A stretch of DNA of 64,000 nt, taken from contig CAWDZE010000012.1 in NCBI GenBank assembly GCA_963806705.1, forward strand, positions 234,826 through 298,825. Reading direction: 5' to 3'. The notes below the pieces were generated by a model, which searched no databases, had not been told where the DNA came from, and worked only from the letters and a program-made list of their open reading frames with translations. Both the position numbers and the translations under genes were made by a program. This document shows positions 18,583 to 32,000 of the stretch, piece after piece. How positions within the stretch are numbered: the stretch's first letter is position 1; every line of letters starts with the position of its first letter. This stretch comes from Vicinamibacteria bacterium. Lineage in GTDB: Bacteria; Acidobacteriota; Vicinamibacteria; Vicinamibacterales; JAENWD01.

Positions 18583-19296
18583 TCAGCCCGGGTTGCCGGG
18601 TGGGGCTGTGAATGACACGTGCCACGGGACCGGCGGCGCGGGCTGCGATACAAGGGCGTCGAGCTGCCGGACAAACGCCGCGCGGGGAATCTCGCGCGCG
18701 CCAAAGCGAGCCAGATGCTCGGTCGCCATCTGGCAGTCGATCATGCCGAACTCCCACCGCCGCAGCTGGGCGACGAGCGTCACAAAAGCAATCTTCGATG
18801 CGTCGGGCACGCGCGTGAACATCGACTCGCCGAAAAAGACGCGCCCTATCGCGACGCCGTACAGTCCGCCTACCAGCAGGCCGTCCTGCCACGCCTCGAC
18901 CGAGTGCGCGTAGCCGGCGCGATGGAGAGCCGTGTACGCCTCGATCATCTCGTCGGTGATCCATGTGCCGCCCTGGTCATCGCGCGGCTCCGCGCAGCCG
19001 GCTATGACATCGGAGAACGCCAGGTCGGCAGTGATTGTGATGTCGCCCCGGCGCATCCGCCGCGCGAGCGAGCGCGGCACGTGCAGTTCCGCTGGCACCA
19101 GCACCATTCGCGGGTCAGGGCTCCACCACAGGACCGGCTCGCCCTCGCTGTACCACGGAAAGCAGCCGCTGCGATACGCCTCAGCAAGCCGGCGCACCGA
19201 GAGGCCGCCGCCGGCGGCGAGCAGCCCGTTGGGGCGGCGCATCGCCCTTTCCACGGGCGGCAGCGGGTCGTCGTCGCTCAACCAGGGAAGGCTCAT
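18583..19296 (-). CDS. aat: Leucyl/phenylalanyl-tRNA--protein transferase
   Basis: Internal ATG at 19296. Motifs: GCFPWYSEGEPVLWWSPDPR, GGLYGVAIGRVFFGESMF. Confidence 0.9.
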   Translation of the reverse strand: MSLPWLSDDDPLPPVERAMRRPNGLLAAGGGLSVRRLAEAYRSGCFPWYSEGEPVLWWSPDPRMVLVPAELHVPRSLARRMRRGDITITADLAFSDVIAGCAEPRDDQGGTWITDEMIEAYTALHRAGYAHSVEAWQDGLLVGGLYGVAIGRVFFGESMFTRVPDASKIAFVTLVAQLRRWEFGMIDCQMATEHLARFGAREIPRAAFVRQLDALVSQPAPPVPWHVSFTAPPGNPG

Positions 19297-19334
19297 CGGG
19301 GCAGAGCCGGACGATCTACGGGGTCCGACCCCAA

Positions 19335-20255
19335 TCACGCATCCGTCGGCCGGAACCCCGCGAGGAAGCGGTCGACGCGTCGCAGCACATCGGTGAGGTA
19401 CGCGCGGTCCCCGCCCTCTATCTCGGTGGTCAGCCACTGGGCATTGGGCGCCTCGACCAGGGCCTTCCTGACTTCCACCCAGTCGATGTCTCCCTCGCCC
19501 AGGTTCTTCCACTCGAAGGTGCCGGCGTTGCGGTCCACCTTGAAGTCCTTGAGATGCAGGCGCGCAATGCGTCGGCCGAGTGTCCGGATCCAGTCCTGAG
19601 GGTAGCCGTAGAACACCACGTTGCCGACGTCGAAGTAGGCCTTCACGTCCGGCGAGTGGAACTCGTCGATGTAGCGGTTGAACTCGATCGGGCTCAAGAG
19701 GAACTTGTTCCACACTTCCTCGATCCCGATCTGCACCCTGAAGCCGCTCGCGATCGGGATCAGCTGATCGCGAATCACCGGCACCGAACGCGACCAGGCC
19801 TCGGCATAGCTCGTCTTGCCGTCAACGACGGCCGGCACCAGCAGCACGATGCCTGCCTTCCAGAGCGAGGCGTTCATCAACGACGTCTTCATGCCGTTGA
19901 CGCTCTTTCGCACCACCTCGGGGTCGGGGCTCGAGAGCGGGTAGCGCCAGTGGTCGGAGTTCATGACCGAGTGGATGACCAGGCCGGTCGCCTGCGATGC
20001 CTTGGCAATCGCCTCGGCCTCGGTCTGGTCGCTGACGGTCTGCATCTCGACGCCGTCGAAGCCCACGGCGCGGGCCAGCGCAAACCGGTCCTGCCACGAC
20101 AGCTCCTTCGGGAGCATCGAGACAAGCACCGCACGCTTGATGTTGACCGGGGCCAACCCCTGCCGCGCCTCGACGTCACGCGCGGCATGGAGCCAGGCGG
20201 CCAGCGGCACGGCGGCGGTGGACTTCAGCACATCGCGACGCGTCAGTGTGGACAT
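19335..20255 (-). CDS. Tat-signal xylose-isomerase-like TIM-barrel protein
   Basis: Internal ATG at 20255 with LTRRDVLKSTAAVPLAA. The pattern IGIEEVWN, FDVGN, HLKDF is typical of the sugar phosphate isomerase/epimerase family. Confidence 0.8.
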   Translation of the reverse strand: MSTLTRRDVLKSTAAVPLAAWLHAARDVEARQGLAPVNIKRAVLVSMLPKELSWQDRFALARAVGFDGVEMQTVSDQTEAEAIAKASQATGLVIHSVMNSDHWRYPLSSPDPEVVRKSVNGMKTSLMNASLWKAGIVLLVPAVVDGKTSYAEAWSRSVPVIRDQLIPIASGFRVQIGIEEVWNKFLLSPIEFNRYIDEFHSPDVKAYFDVGNVVFYGYPQDWIRTLGRRIARLHLKDFKVDRNAGTFEWKNLGEGDIDWVEVRKALVEAPNAQWLTTEIEGGDRAYLTDVLRRVDRFLAGFRPTDA

Positions 20256-20285
20256 GCGGCGGATTCTACTGCGTACAATGCTTCC

Positions 20286-20951
20286 GTGTCCTTCCGTGCC
20301 GTGATCTTCGATTTCGACGGGCTGATCATCGACAGCGAGACGTCCATTTTCGAGATATGGGCCGAGATCTACCGGGATCATGGCGGCGAGTTGACGATGG
20401 ACCAGTGGCGGCACGCGCTGGGCACGCACAACGGCTTCGATCCCTACGCCGAGCTGCTGCGCCAGACCGGCGTTCAGTTGTCGCGCGAAACATGGGTGCC
20501 TCGCGTGCGTGACGAGCACTGGCGCCGGTGCGAGGACGAGCCGCTCCGGCCAGGGGTGCTGGATCGCTTGCAGGAGGCGGATACTGCCGGGCTGCCGGCG
20601 GCAGTGGCCTCGAGCAGCAGCCTCGAATGGGTGGGCCCGTGGCTGACCCGTCACGGCCTGCGCCAGCTGGTGCGCACGGTGTGCACGAGAAACGACGTCG
20701 CGCGCGTCAAACCGGCGCCCGACTTGTTTCTGCTGGCCGCCGAGCGGCTCGGCGTCACCCCTTCTGACTGCGTCGTCTTCGAAGACACCCCCAATGGGCT
20801 CGCCGCCGCGCACGCCGCCGGCATGTGGGCCGTCGCCGTTCCAAGTCCGCTGACGCGGTCTCTGCAGTTCCCTTCGCCTCATGTCACGCTCGAGTCCCTG
20901 GCGGCGCGCACACTGGCCGAGCTGCAACAGGACCTCGCACGGCGAACCTGA
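20286..20951 (+). CDS. HAD-IA family hydrolase (beta-phosphoglucomutase-like)
   Basis: GTG start at 20286. Motifs: FDFDGLIIDSE, VASSS, KPAPDLF, FEDTPNG. Confidence 0.8.
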   Translation: MSFRAVIFDFDGLIIDSETSIFEIWAEIYRDHGGELTMDQWRHALGTHNGFDPYAELLRQTGVQLSRETWVPRVRDEHWRRCEDEPLRPGVLDRLQEADTAGLPAAVASSSSLEWVGPWLTRHGLRQLVRTVCTRNDVARVKPAPDLFLLAAERLGVTPSDCVVFEDTPNGLAAAHAAGMWAVAVPSPLTRSLQFPSPHVTLESLAARTLAELQQDLARRT

Positions 20952-20996
20952 GAACCGTCATTGCTTTTCTTTGAGACGGTCGTTAGTCTTTCGCCC

Positions 20997-21467
20997 ATGT
21001 GGCCTGAACTGAAGTCGGCGATGCGTCCTGTGGTGCAGCTGGCGGTCGTTGCGGTCGCGGTGGCATGGGTGGGCATTTCCGCCCAGCAGCCGGCGGCGCC
21101 CGCCAATCCACTCGAGGATTGGAAGCCGGACATGCTGCACGACCTCGAGGTCCTTCCCAAGGACATCACCCCCGACGCGTTAATCAAGCTGATGAAGGAC
21201 TGGAACGCGTCGCTGAACGTGGACTGCGTGTTCTGCCACAAGGGCCAGGTCGGCAAGCCGTGGTCGACCTACGACTTCACCGATACCAGCAAGAAGCGGC
21301 ACGAAGTGGCGCGCCTGATGGTGAAGTCCACGGTCGGCCTCAACGAAGCCTTCAAGGACCTCGGCGAAGCCGACGAGCCGGTCAAGGTGACCTGTGCGAC
21401 CTGCCATCGCCGGTCGCGGCAGCCAGAGATCACGCCGCCAGACGCGCCGCCGAAGCCGGAGAAGTGA
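20997..21467 (+). CDS. Di-heme c-type cytochrome (photosynthetic-reaction-centre cytochrome c subunit-like family)
   Basis: Signal/TM segment followed by two CxxCH motifs (CVFCH, CATCH). Confidence 0.7.
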   Translation: MWPELKSAMRPVVQLAVVAVAVAWVGISAQQPAAPANPLEDWKPDMLHDLEVLPKDITPDALIKLMKDWNASLNVDCVFCHKGQVGKPWSTYDFTDTSKKRHEVARLMVKSTVGLNEAFKDLGEADEPVKVTCATCHRRSRQPEITPPDAPPKPEK

Positions 21468-21474
21468 ACAACCA

Positions 21475-21516
21475 GTGCCGGTGCCTGGTGCCCGGCACCG
21501 CACGTGGCACCGGCAC
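21475..21516 (+). terminator. Nested GC-rich stem-loop after the cytochrome c gene
   Basis: gtgccggtgcc (21475-85) pairs with ggcaccggcac (21506-16). An inner ggtgcc/ggcacc pair is also present. No U-tract. Confidence 0.4.
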
Positions 21517-21541
21517 CACCCGGCACATCAGTTCCCTCAGC

Positions 21542-21570
21542 TTGACCCTGCTCCTCTGAGGACCTAAACT
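21542..21570 (+). promoter_or_regulatory. Sigma70-like promoter of the suf operon
   Basis: TTGACC (21542-47), a 17-nt spacer, then TAAACT (21565-70). This lies 35 nt upstream of the Rrf2 gene ATG. Confidence 0.45.
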
Positions 21571-21604
21571 AGGACTGTTCCAGTCGTATTTAGCTGGCAG
21601 TCCT
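21571..21604 (+). promoter_or_regulatory. Candidate Rrf2/IscR-type operator
   Basis: AGGACTG (21571-77) and CAGTCCT (21598-604) form an inverted repeat. An inner GACTgttccAGTC resembles the GACT-N5-AGTC core of IscR type-1 sites. It sits between the -10 element and the start codon. Confidence 0.4.
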
Positions 21605-22090
21605 ATGCTCAGGCTCTCCAAAAAGACGGATTACGCCCTGATCTCGTTGACTTACGTGGCCTCGCTGGGGGCCCGGCCGGCCAGCGCGCGGGAGATTGCC
21701 GAGCGACACGACATCCCGGTTGAGCTGCTGGCCAAGGTGCTGCAGCGGCTGGTGCAGCGAGGGGTCCTTCGGTCCCAGCAGGGCATTCACGGCGGTTATC
21801 TGCTGGCGCGGCCGGCCCAAACCGTCACCGTGGCCGAGGTCGTCGAGGCGATTGACGGCCCATTGCAACTGACGGTGTGCGGAACGACGGACGAGCGCTG
21901 CGAGCAGTTTTCGAAGTGCAACGTGCGCGACCCGCTCCACCGGATCCGCGACCGGATCATCGGCGCACTGATGGAGTGCACGGTGGCTGAACTGGCAAAC
22001 GACCGGCACGACGAGCCGGTCGCGATGCCCTTTGCCACCGGCGGCATCGCCATAGCCGGACGGGCGAGACGGGAACCCGTGAACTCGTGA
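21605..22090 (+). CDS. Rrf2 family transcriptional regulator (IscR/SufR-like, Cys-x6-Cys-x5-Cys cluster ligands)
   Basis: N-terminal MLRLSKKTDYALISL wHTH region and CGTTDERCEQFSKC. The last codons and the stop lie inside the octamer array. Confidence 0.85.
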   Translation: MLRLSKKTDYALISLTYVASLGARPASAREIAERHDIPVELLAKVLQRLVQRGVLRSQQGIHGGYLLARPAQTVTVAEVVEAIDGPLQLTVCGTTDERCEQFSKCNVRDPLHRIRDRIIGALMECTVAELANDRHDEPVAMPFATGGIAIAGRARREPVNS

Positions 22091-22148
22091 ACCAGTGAAC
22101 CCGTGAACTCGAACCTGTGAACCCGTGAACCTGTGAACCCGTGAACCG
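22071..22148. repeat. Octamer tandem array (GTGAACCN, ~10 units)
   Basis: gggaaccc gtgaactc gtgaacca gtgaaccc gtgaactc gaacct gtgaaccc gtgaacct gtgaaccc gtgaaccg. Confidence 0.95.
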
Positions 22149-22158
22149 AGATTTGGCG

Positions 22159-22485
22159 ATGGTCGCGATAACGGAAAACGCATCGAAACAGATCGTGAAG
22201 ATGCTAGAGAAGAATGCCCTTCCGGGCGGCGGCCTGCGCGTCGGCCTGAAGGCCGGCGGCTGCTCGGGCTACGAGTACACGTTTGCGTGGGAAGCCACGC
22301 CGCGTGGCGACGACCAGGTGTTTGACGGGCCCAACGGCGCCCGCGTGTTCGTCGACCCGCGCAGCTTTCGCCTGATTGACGGCACGGTGCTCGACTACGA
22401 CACGAATCTCGTGAGCAAGGGTTTCACCTTCAACAACCCCAACGCCAAGAGCACGTGCGGTTGCGGGGTGAGCTTCAGCGTCTAG
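22159..22485 (+). CDS. sufA: A-type Fe-S cluster carrier (HesB/IscA/SufA family)
   Basis: ATG at 22159. Motifs: GGCSGYEY and a C-terminal CGCG. The symbol is assigned from operon context. Confidence 0.8.
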   Translation: MVAITENASKQIVKMLEKNALPGGGLRVGLKAGGCSGYEYTFAWEATPRGDDQVFDGPNGARVFVDPRSFRLIDGTVLDYDTNLVSKGFTFNNPNAKSTCGCGVSFSV

Positions 22486-22541
22486 AGAGACCCTCGCGCC
22501 ATCGCGCCTTTGCGATTGTCCGAGCGGGTGATCGGAGAACG

Positions 22542-23987
<1,446 letters not shown>

Positions 23988-24024
23988 GGCCGCCGCGCGG
24001 CATCGAAAGAGGACATCGACAGTC

Positions 24025-24774
<750 letters not shown>

Positions 24775-24778
<4 letters not shown>

Positions 24779-26112
24779 GCCAGCTGGCCGAACAGGGCGC
24801 GCCCAGCGCCCGGGTCGAGCGGTACGTCGCGTCTTTCGAGGCGCTGAAGGACCGCCGTCCGGCCGGTCCCGCCTCGCTCGAGCAGGCGCGCCAGGCGGCG
24901 ATCGCCCGGTTCGCCGCGCTTGGCTTTCCGACCACGGCCGACGAGGATTTCCGGTTCACCAACGTCGCCCCGATCGCCACGACGCCGTTTGACCGCGCGC
25001 CGGAGCACACCGCCGTCGCAGGCGCCGACGTGACCGGGCACCTGTATGGCTCGGCAACCTCGGCCGAGCTGGTGTTCGTAAACGGCCGTTTCCAGCTCGC
25101 GCTCTCGTCGGTGGCTGCCGTGCCGGCCGGTGTGACCGTGTCCGGGCCGGCCGAGGCGCTCGACTCTCCGGAGATCCTGGCGTGGTTGACCCGGCTCGCG
25201 CCGAGTGAGTCGTCGGCCTTCACGGCGCTCAACACCGCGTTTTTCGAGGACGCGGCCATCGTTCGCATCGCAAAGGGCGCGGTCATCGAGGCGCCCATCA
25301 ACATCGTCTTCGTCTCGACCGGCGGCGGCACGCCCGCGGTGAGTTACCCGCGAATCCTGGTGGTGGCCGGCGAACAGAGCCAGTCGACGATCATCGAGTC
25401 GCACGTCGGCGTTGGCGACGGCACGTATTTCTCGTGCGCCGTCACCGAGGTGGTGGTGGGCCCTGGCGCCGTCGTCGATCACTATCGTGTCCAGCTCGAG
25501 CGCAGTCACGGCTATCACTACTGCCGCCTGCAAGTGCACGCCGAACGCAAGGCGACCTTCCTCTCACACGCCTTCTCGCTCGGCGGGGCCATCGTACGCA
25601 ACGACCTCGGGGCCGTGCTCGGCGGCGAGGGGATCGACTGCACGCTCAACGGGCTCTACGTGGCCGACGGCGACACGCTGGTCGACAACCACACGACCAT
25701 CGACCACGCGATGCCGCACTGCGGCAGCCACGAGGTCTACAAGGGCATCCTGGGCGGCAAGGCCAGGGGCGTGTTCAACGGCAAGATCATCGTTCGCGAG
25801 GACGCGCAGAAGACCGACGCCAAGCAGACCAACAAGGCGATGCTGCTGTCGGGCGCCGCGCAGATCAACACCAAGCCGCAGCTCGAGATCTTCGCCGACG
25901 ATGTGAAGTGCACGCATGGGGCGACCGTCGGCCAGCTCGACGCCGACGCGCTCTTCTACCTGCAGGCCCGCGGCATCACGCGCGCGGATGCGCGTTCGAT
26001 GCTCATCCGCAGCTTCGCCGGCGACATCGTCGGGCGGGTGAAGTTCGAGCCGCTGCGCACGCGTCTGGAACGCTGGCTTCTGGCGGCGATCCCGGCCGAC
26101 GCCGTGAAGTAG
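24775..26112 (+). CDS. sufD: Fe-S cluster assembly protein SufD
   Basis: ATG at 24775 overlaps the authentic sufC stop (ATGA). The C-terminal beta-helix region matches SufB/D ([29 protein letters not shown]). Confidence 0.9.
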
Positions 26113-26132
26113 GGCGGAACTTCGGTTCCGCC
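26113..26132 (+). other. Intra-operon RNA hairpin with a UUCG tetraloop
   Basis: ggcggaac ttcg gttccgcc forms a perfect 8-bp stem immediately after the sufD stop. Confidence 0.5.
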
Positions 26133-26147
26133 GCTCCGTCGACGACC

Positions 26148-27389
<1,242 letters not shown>

Positions 27390-27390
<1 letters not shown>

Positions 27391-27842
27391 TGTCGGACCT
27401 GAGAGAGCTGTACCAGGAAGTGATCCTCGACCACAACAAGCGGCCGCGGAACTTCCGGACCATCGAGCACCCGACCCGCACCGCCAGGGGCCACAACCCG
27501 TTGTGCGGCGATCGGCTGACGCTGTACCTGACGCTTGACGGCGACCGTATTGCCGACGTCGCGTTTGAAGGTTCCGGCTGTGCGATCTCGAAGGCGTCGG
27601 CGTCGCTGATGACCGAGGCGCTCAAGGGCAAGACCGTTGCGCAGGCCGAGGCGCTCTTCGAGCGCTTCCACGAGGTCGTGACCGCGCCTGGCGATGTGCC
27701 CGTCCGCACCGAGGGTCTGGGAAAGCTGGCGGTGTTTGCCGGCGTGCGCGAGTACCCGGCGCGCGTGAAGTGCGCCAGCCTGGCGTGGCACACGATGAAG
27801 GCGGCCGTCGCCACTCCGGACGCCGTCGTCTCAACTGAATGA
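27390..27842 (+). CDS. sufU: SUF-system sulfur-transfer/scaffold protein SufU
   Basis: Motifs NPLCGD, GSGCAIS, CASLAW. The start overlaps the sufS stop (TAATG). Confidence 0.9.
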
Positions 27843-27843
27843 C

Positions 27844-28242
27844 ATGAAACCACTGCCCGTCATCCAACCCGCCGCGCCTGCGCCCCCGGCGCCGACCGAA
27901 CTCAAGACGGCCGCCTTGATCAACGACGCCGCGAGGTCCGCCGAGCTCGAGCCCAAGGTGCGCGCGGCCATCAAGACCGTCTTTGACCCGGAGATCCCGG
28001 TCAACGTCTACGACCTCGGCCTCATCTACGAGATCATCGTCACCGCCGAATCGGTCGTCGGCGTCCGTATGACGCTGACCGCCCCGGCGTGCCCCGCCGC
28101 ACAGTGGCTGCCCGGACAGGTCGAGCAGAAGGCCAAAGCGGTCGAGGGCGTCACAGACGCCCTCGTGGATGTGGTGTTCGAGCCGCCGTGGACGAAGGAC
28201 CGAATGTCTGATGCGGCGAAGCTGCAGCTGGGATTGTGGTAA
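27844..28242 (+). CDS. sufT: DUF59/MIP18-family Fe-S assembly protein (SufT-like)
   Basis: DPEIPVNVYDLGLIY and TLTAPACP are characteristic motifs. Confidence 0.8.
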   Translation: MKPLPVIQPAAPAPPAPTELKTAALINDAARSAELEPKVRAAIKTVFDPEIPVNVYDLGLIYEIIVTAESVVGVRMTLTAPACPAAQWLPGQVEQKAKAVEGVTDALVDVVFEPPWTKDRMSDAAKLQLGLW

Positions 28243-28299
28243 ACCTCCGTCAACCACTTTCCCCTTCTCTAACACCCCGCCCGGCGCTATCGTGACGGC

Positions 28300-29004
28300 A
28301 TGGCGACGCTGCTACCCGACGCTCGCACTCGCGTCCACACCTTCGACGGCCTCGACGAAGACATCGTCGAATACGCCCTGAAGCACGCCCGCATCGTCAC
28401 CGCGCGACGCGGCGAGATCATCACGCAGCAGGGCGAGCCGGGACGGCGGATCCTGGTGATCCGCGAAGGCTACGTCAAGATGGTGTCCACCTCGCCGGAC
28501 GGCCATGACGTGCTCGTCGGCATTGCCGGGCCGCGCGACGCCATCGGCCACGCCGCGATGACCGACAAGCCGAGCAACTACCTCGTCACGAGCTGCGCCT
28601 TGACGCCGGTGACCGCTGCCGCGTGGGACCGCGACAAGGCGCGGGCGATCGCCGCCGAATTTCCTGAAGTCCACAAGCGGATCGACGCCCAACTGGCGCG
28701 CAACCTCGAACTGGTCCTCAACCGGGTGCACACGGTCAGCGAGGGCAAGGTCGGCCAGCGGCTCGCCCGTGCGCTCCTCGAACTCGCGGAACGCCACGGC
28801 AAGCCCGACTCGATGGGCGTGCTCATCGCCCCGCCGATGACCCGCCAGGACATCGCCGCGATCGTCGGCACAACGCTCTTCACAGCCTCGCGCCTGTTGT
28901 CGGAATGGGAAGATCGGGGGCTGATCGAGTCGTCGCGGGCGCGGGTACACGTGCGCAGCCTCGAAGGACTGCGCCTGCTGGCATCAGAATCAGAAGAAGA
29001 CTAG
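28300..29004 (+). CDS. Crp/Fnr family transcriptional regulator
   Basis: A cNMP-binding-like N-terminal domain and a C-terminal HTH (TRQDIAAIVGTTLFTASRLL). Confidence 0.85.
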   Translation: MATLLPDARTRVHTFDGLDEDIVEYALKHARIVTARRGEIITQQGEPGRRILVIREGYVKMVSTSPDGHDVLVGIAGPRDAIGHAAMTDKPSNYLVTSCALTPVTAAAWDRDKARAIAAEFPEVHKRIDAQLARNLELVLNRVHTVSEGKVGQRLARALLELAERHGKPDSMGVLIAPPMTRQDIAAIVGTTLFTASRLLSEWEDRGLIESSRARVHVRSLEGLRLLASESEED

Positions 29005-32000
29005 CTGGCTGGCGGCGCGGCGACGAGCGCAGCCGCCAACTGGCGTACGCCGCGCAAGTCCACTTTCCCGGTCCCCAGCACCGGAATCGACTCGATGCGC
29101 CGGATGTTGTCTTTCTTCGGCACCCACAGCTTCGGCAGGTCCGAGTTGTTGAGCGCCGCCCAGACCTCATCTTCCGGCACGTCCTTCGTGTAGAAAACGA
29201 CGAGGCGCTCGCCGCGGTTCTCATCCGGCACGGCCGTCACGACGCAGTTGGGGTCGTCGAGCGCGCCGATGACGACTTCCTCGATCTTCAGGTGGGGCAC
29301 CATCTCGCCGGCGATCTTGCTGAACCGCGACAGCCGATCGGTGAGGCGGATGAACCCGTCGTCGTCGACCGAACCAATGTCGCCCGTGACGTACCAGCCA
29401 TCGGCCAGCACCGATGCAGTCGCCGTCGGGTTGCCCAGGTAGCCGAGCATGCGGTTGGGGCCCTTTACCAGCAGCAACCCCGGATCCCCAGGCGTCACCG
29501 GCGTACGTGACTCCGGATCGACCACGCGCACCACGACCCCTGGCAGCGGGTGCCCCACCGAGCCGGCCTTCCTGCCGGTCTGCCTGGCGTCTGCGGCGTC
29601 GGGCACGTTCACCGAGACCACCGGCGCCATCTCCGTGCATCCATAGCCTTCGAGCAGGTCGATGCCGAATCGCTCGCGAAAGGCGCGCGCGATCGGCTCG
29701 CGAAGCCTCTCTGCCCCGACCACGCCGTAGCGCAGCGCGCGAAACTGTCGCGGTTCGCACTTGCGGATGTAGGCCTGATAGAACGTCGGGGTGCCGATGA
29801 TGATCGTCGCTTCGTGCTTGTCGGCGAGCTCACCCACCGATTTGGCGTCCATCGGATTTGGCACCAACAACGTCCCGAATCCCGACACCAGCGGGAACCA
29901 GAGCGCGCCGGTGAAGCCGAACGAATGGAAGAATGGCAGCACGCCGATCATCCGGTCCTTCGGCGTCACCCAGAACACCTGGCACATGCCTTCGAGATTC
30001 GCGATGACGTTGCGGTGCGACAGCATCACGCCTTTGGGCTGGCCCGTGCTTCCGCTCGAGAAGATCACCGTCGCCAGGTCGTCGGGGCCGTGCATTTCAG
30101 GTGCGTAACGCCGAATCAACCAGCGCGACGGCAGCAGGCGGGCTTCGATAAACGTGCGCGCCTTGTCGGTTGCCGTAAAGGTCGGCATGACATCTTCGAA
30201 CAGCACCGTGCCGTCTGGCGCGTCGAGCTTGGCCTTCGCAAGGAACTGCTTCGCCGAGATCACGGTCGTGATGCCGCACTGGGCGATCGCGGCCGCCATC
30301 GCCTCGCGTCCGGCGGTGAAGTTCAGGTTCACCGGGACCTTGCCGGCGATGAGCACGGCCAGGTTGGCCAGCGCCGCCGGGATCGACGCCGGCAGCAGCA
30401 GCCCCACCATCGCCTGCCCCTCGCACTGACGCCGCACCCACCGTGAAAGCAACAAGGCGGCAACCAGCATGCGGCCGTACGACAGCTCGCGGCCCGAGGC
30501 GTCGGCCATCGCCAGCCGGCCCCAATGCCGCTTGGCGGTGCGCATCACGCGCCGATGAAGGACGCTGCGCCGATCGAGCCGGCCTGTCATCGCGTCGCTC
30601 GACAGCTCGGCAATCGCCTGGCGCGCGTCGGCAGCCGTTGTCGTGGACGGCATTGGCGCGCCGAAGCTCACCGAGACCGGATACGGCAGCTGCTCGGGCC
30701 ACTTCCAGAAGAAGCGGCCTTGTTTGAAGCTGAAGACGCTGCCCCACAGCCGGTCGAGGCACACCGGGATCACCGGGACGTCCAACCCGTCGACGATGCG
30801 CTCGAAGCCGCGCTTGAATGGCAGCAGGTTGCCGGTACGGCTGATCGCGCCCTCGGCAAAGATGCAGACGACGTGGCCGCTTTCGAGCTCGGCGCGCGCC
30901 TGCGCGATGGAGGCCAGCACTTCCTGGCGGTTGCCGCCCGCCACCGGGATCGCCCGCATCATCGTCAGCAGCCGATGCGCCACCGGCATGTTGAAGTAGG
31001 GCCGGTAGATCATGAACCGTATGAAGCGCGGCACGCAGGCGCCGACCAGGAAGCCGTCGACGTGCGACAAGTGATTGCACACCAGCAGGGCCGGGCCGCG
31101 CGCCGGCACGTGCTCCAGGCCAGTGGCCTCCACACGGTAGATGGTGTGCGTGAGCAGCAGCAGCGTGAAGCGAAGGGAGAAGTCAGGCAGGAGCCACAGC
31201 ACGTAGCAGCTGGCGACGAGCTGGAACACGCCAAAGACCAGGATGACGCGATCCGGCGCCACGCCGGCGACCTGGTCGAAGTACCACATCGAGCCGCTGG
31301 CCAGCAGGATCGCAACCGTGCTCAGCAGGTTGCTGACGGCAAAGACCGACCCCTTCTCCCCCACCGCGGGCTTCTGCTGAAGCAGCGCGTGGAGCGGCAC
31401 GGTGAAGAGGCCGCCGGCAAATCCCAACACCAGCAGCGCCTCGCAGGCCAGCGGGTAGGACGGCATCGCCCACACCAGCGCCAGGGCGCTGACGCCCATG
31501 CCGAAGGCGCCAAACGGCACCAGGCCCAGTTCGACCTTGTCGCCGGACCACCGGCCCGCGGCGAGGCTGCCGCCTCCGACGCCCACGGCCATGAAGGCGC
31601 TCATCGCCGCAATCGCGCCGTCGCCCAGGCCCATCACCTGACGGCCGGCCACAAGCACGGCCATCTGCAGCAGCGCTCCGATGAACCAGAACCACGCCAC
31701 GCCGAGCGCGGTCATCCACAGCGTGCGCTCGCTGACGAGGCGCTGAACGCCGGCAGTCAGGCCCGCCCACGGGTTCCAGCGCAGAGGCTCGGCACGGCGC
31801 GCCGGCGAAACGCGGGGAATGCCGACGCTCACCGCGGCGCCGACCAGGGCCACGGCGGTCAAGGCGAGGCCGATCGTCGGCAGGCGCTCGTCCCACAGGG
31901 CGTACAGCGCGGTGCCGGCCGCCGACCCGAGAACGATCGCGGCAAACGTGCTCATCTCGAGGAGCCCGTTGGCGCGCGAGAGCGCTCGCTCGGGCACGAT

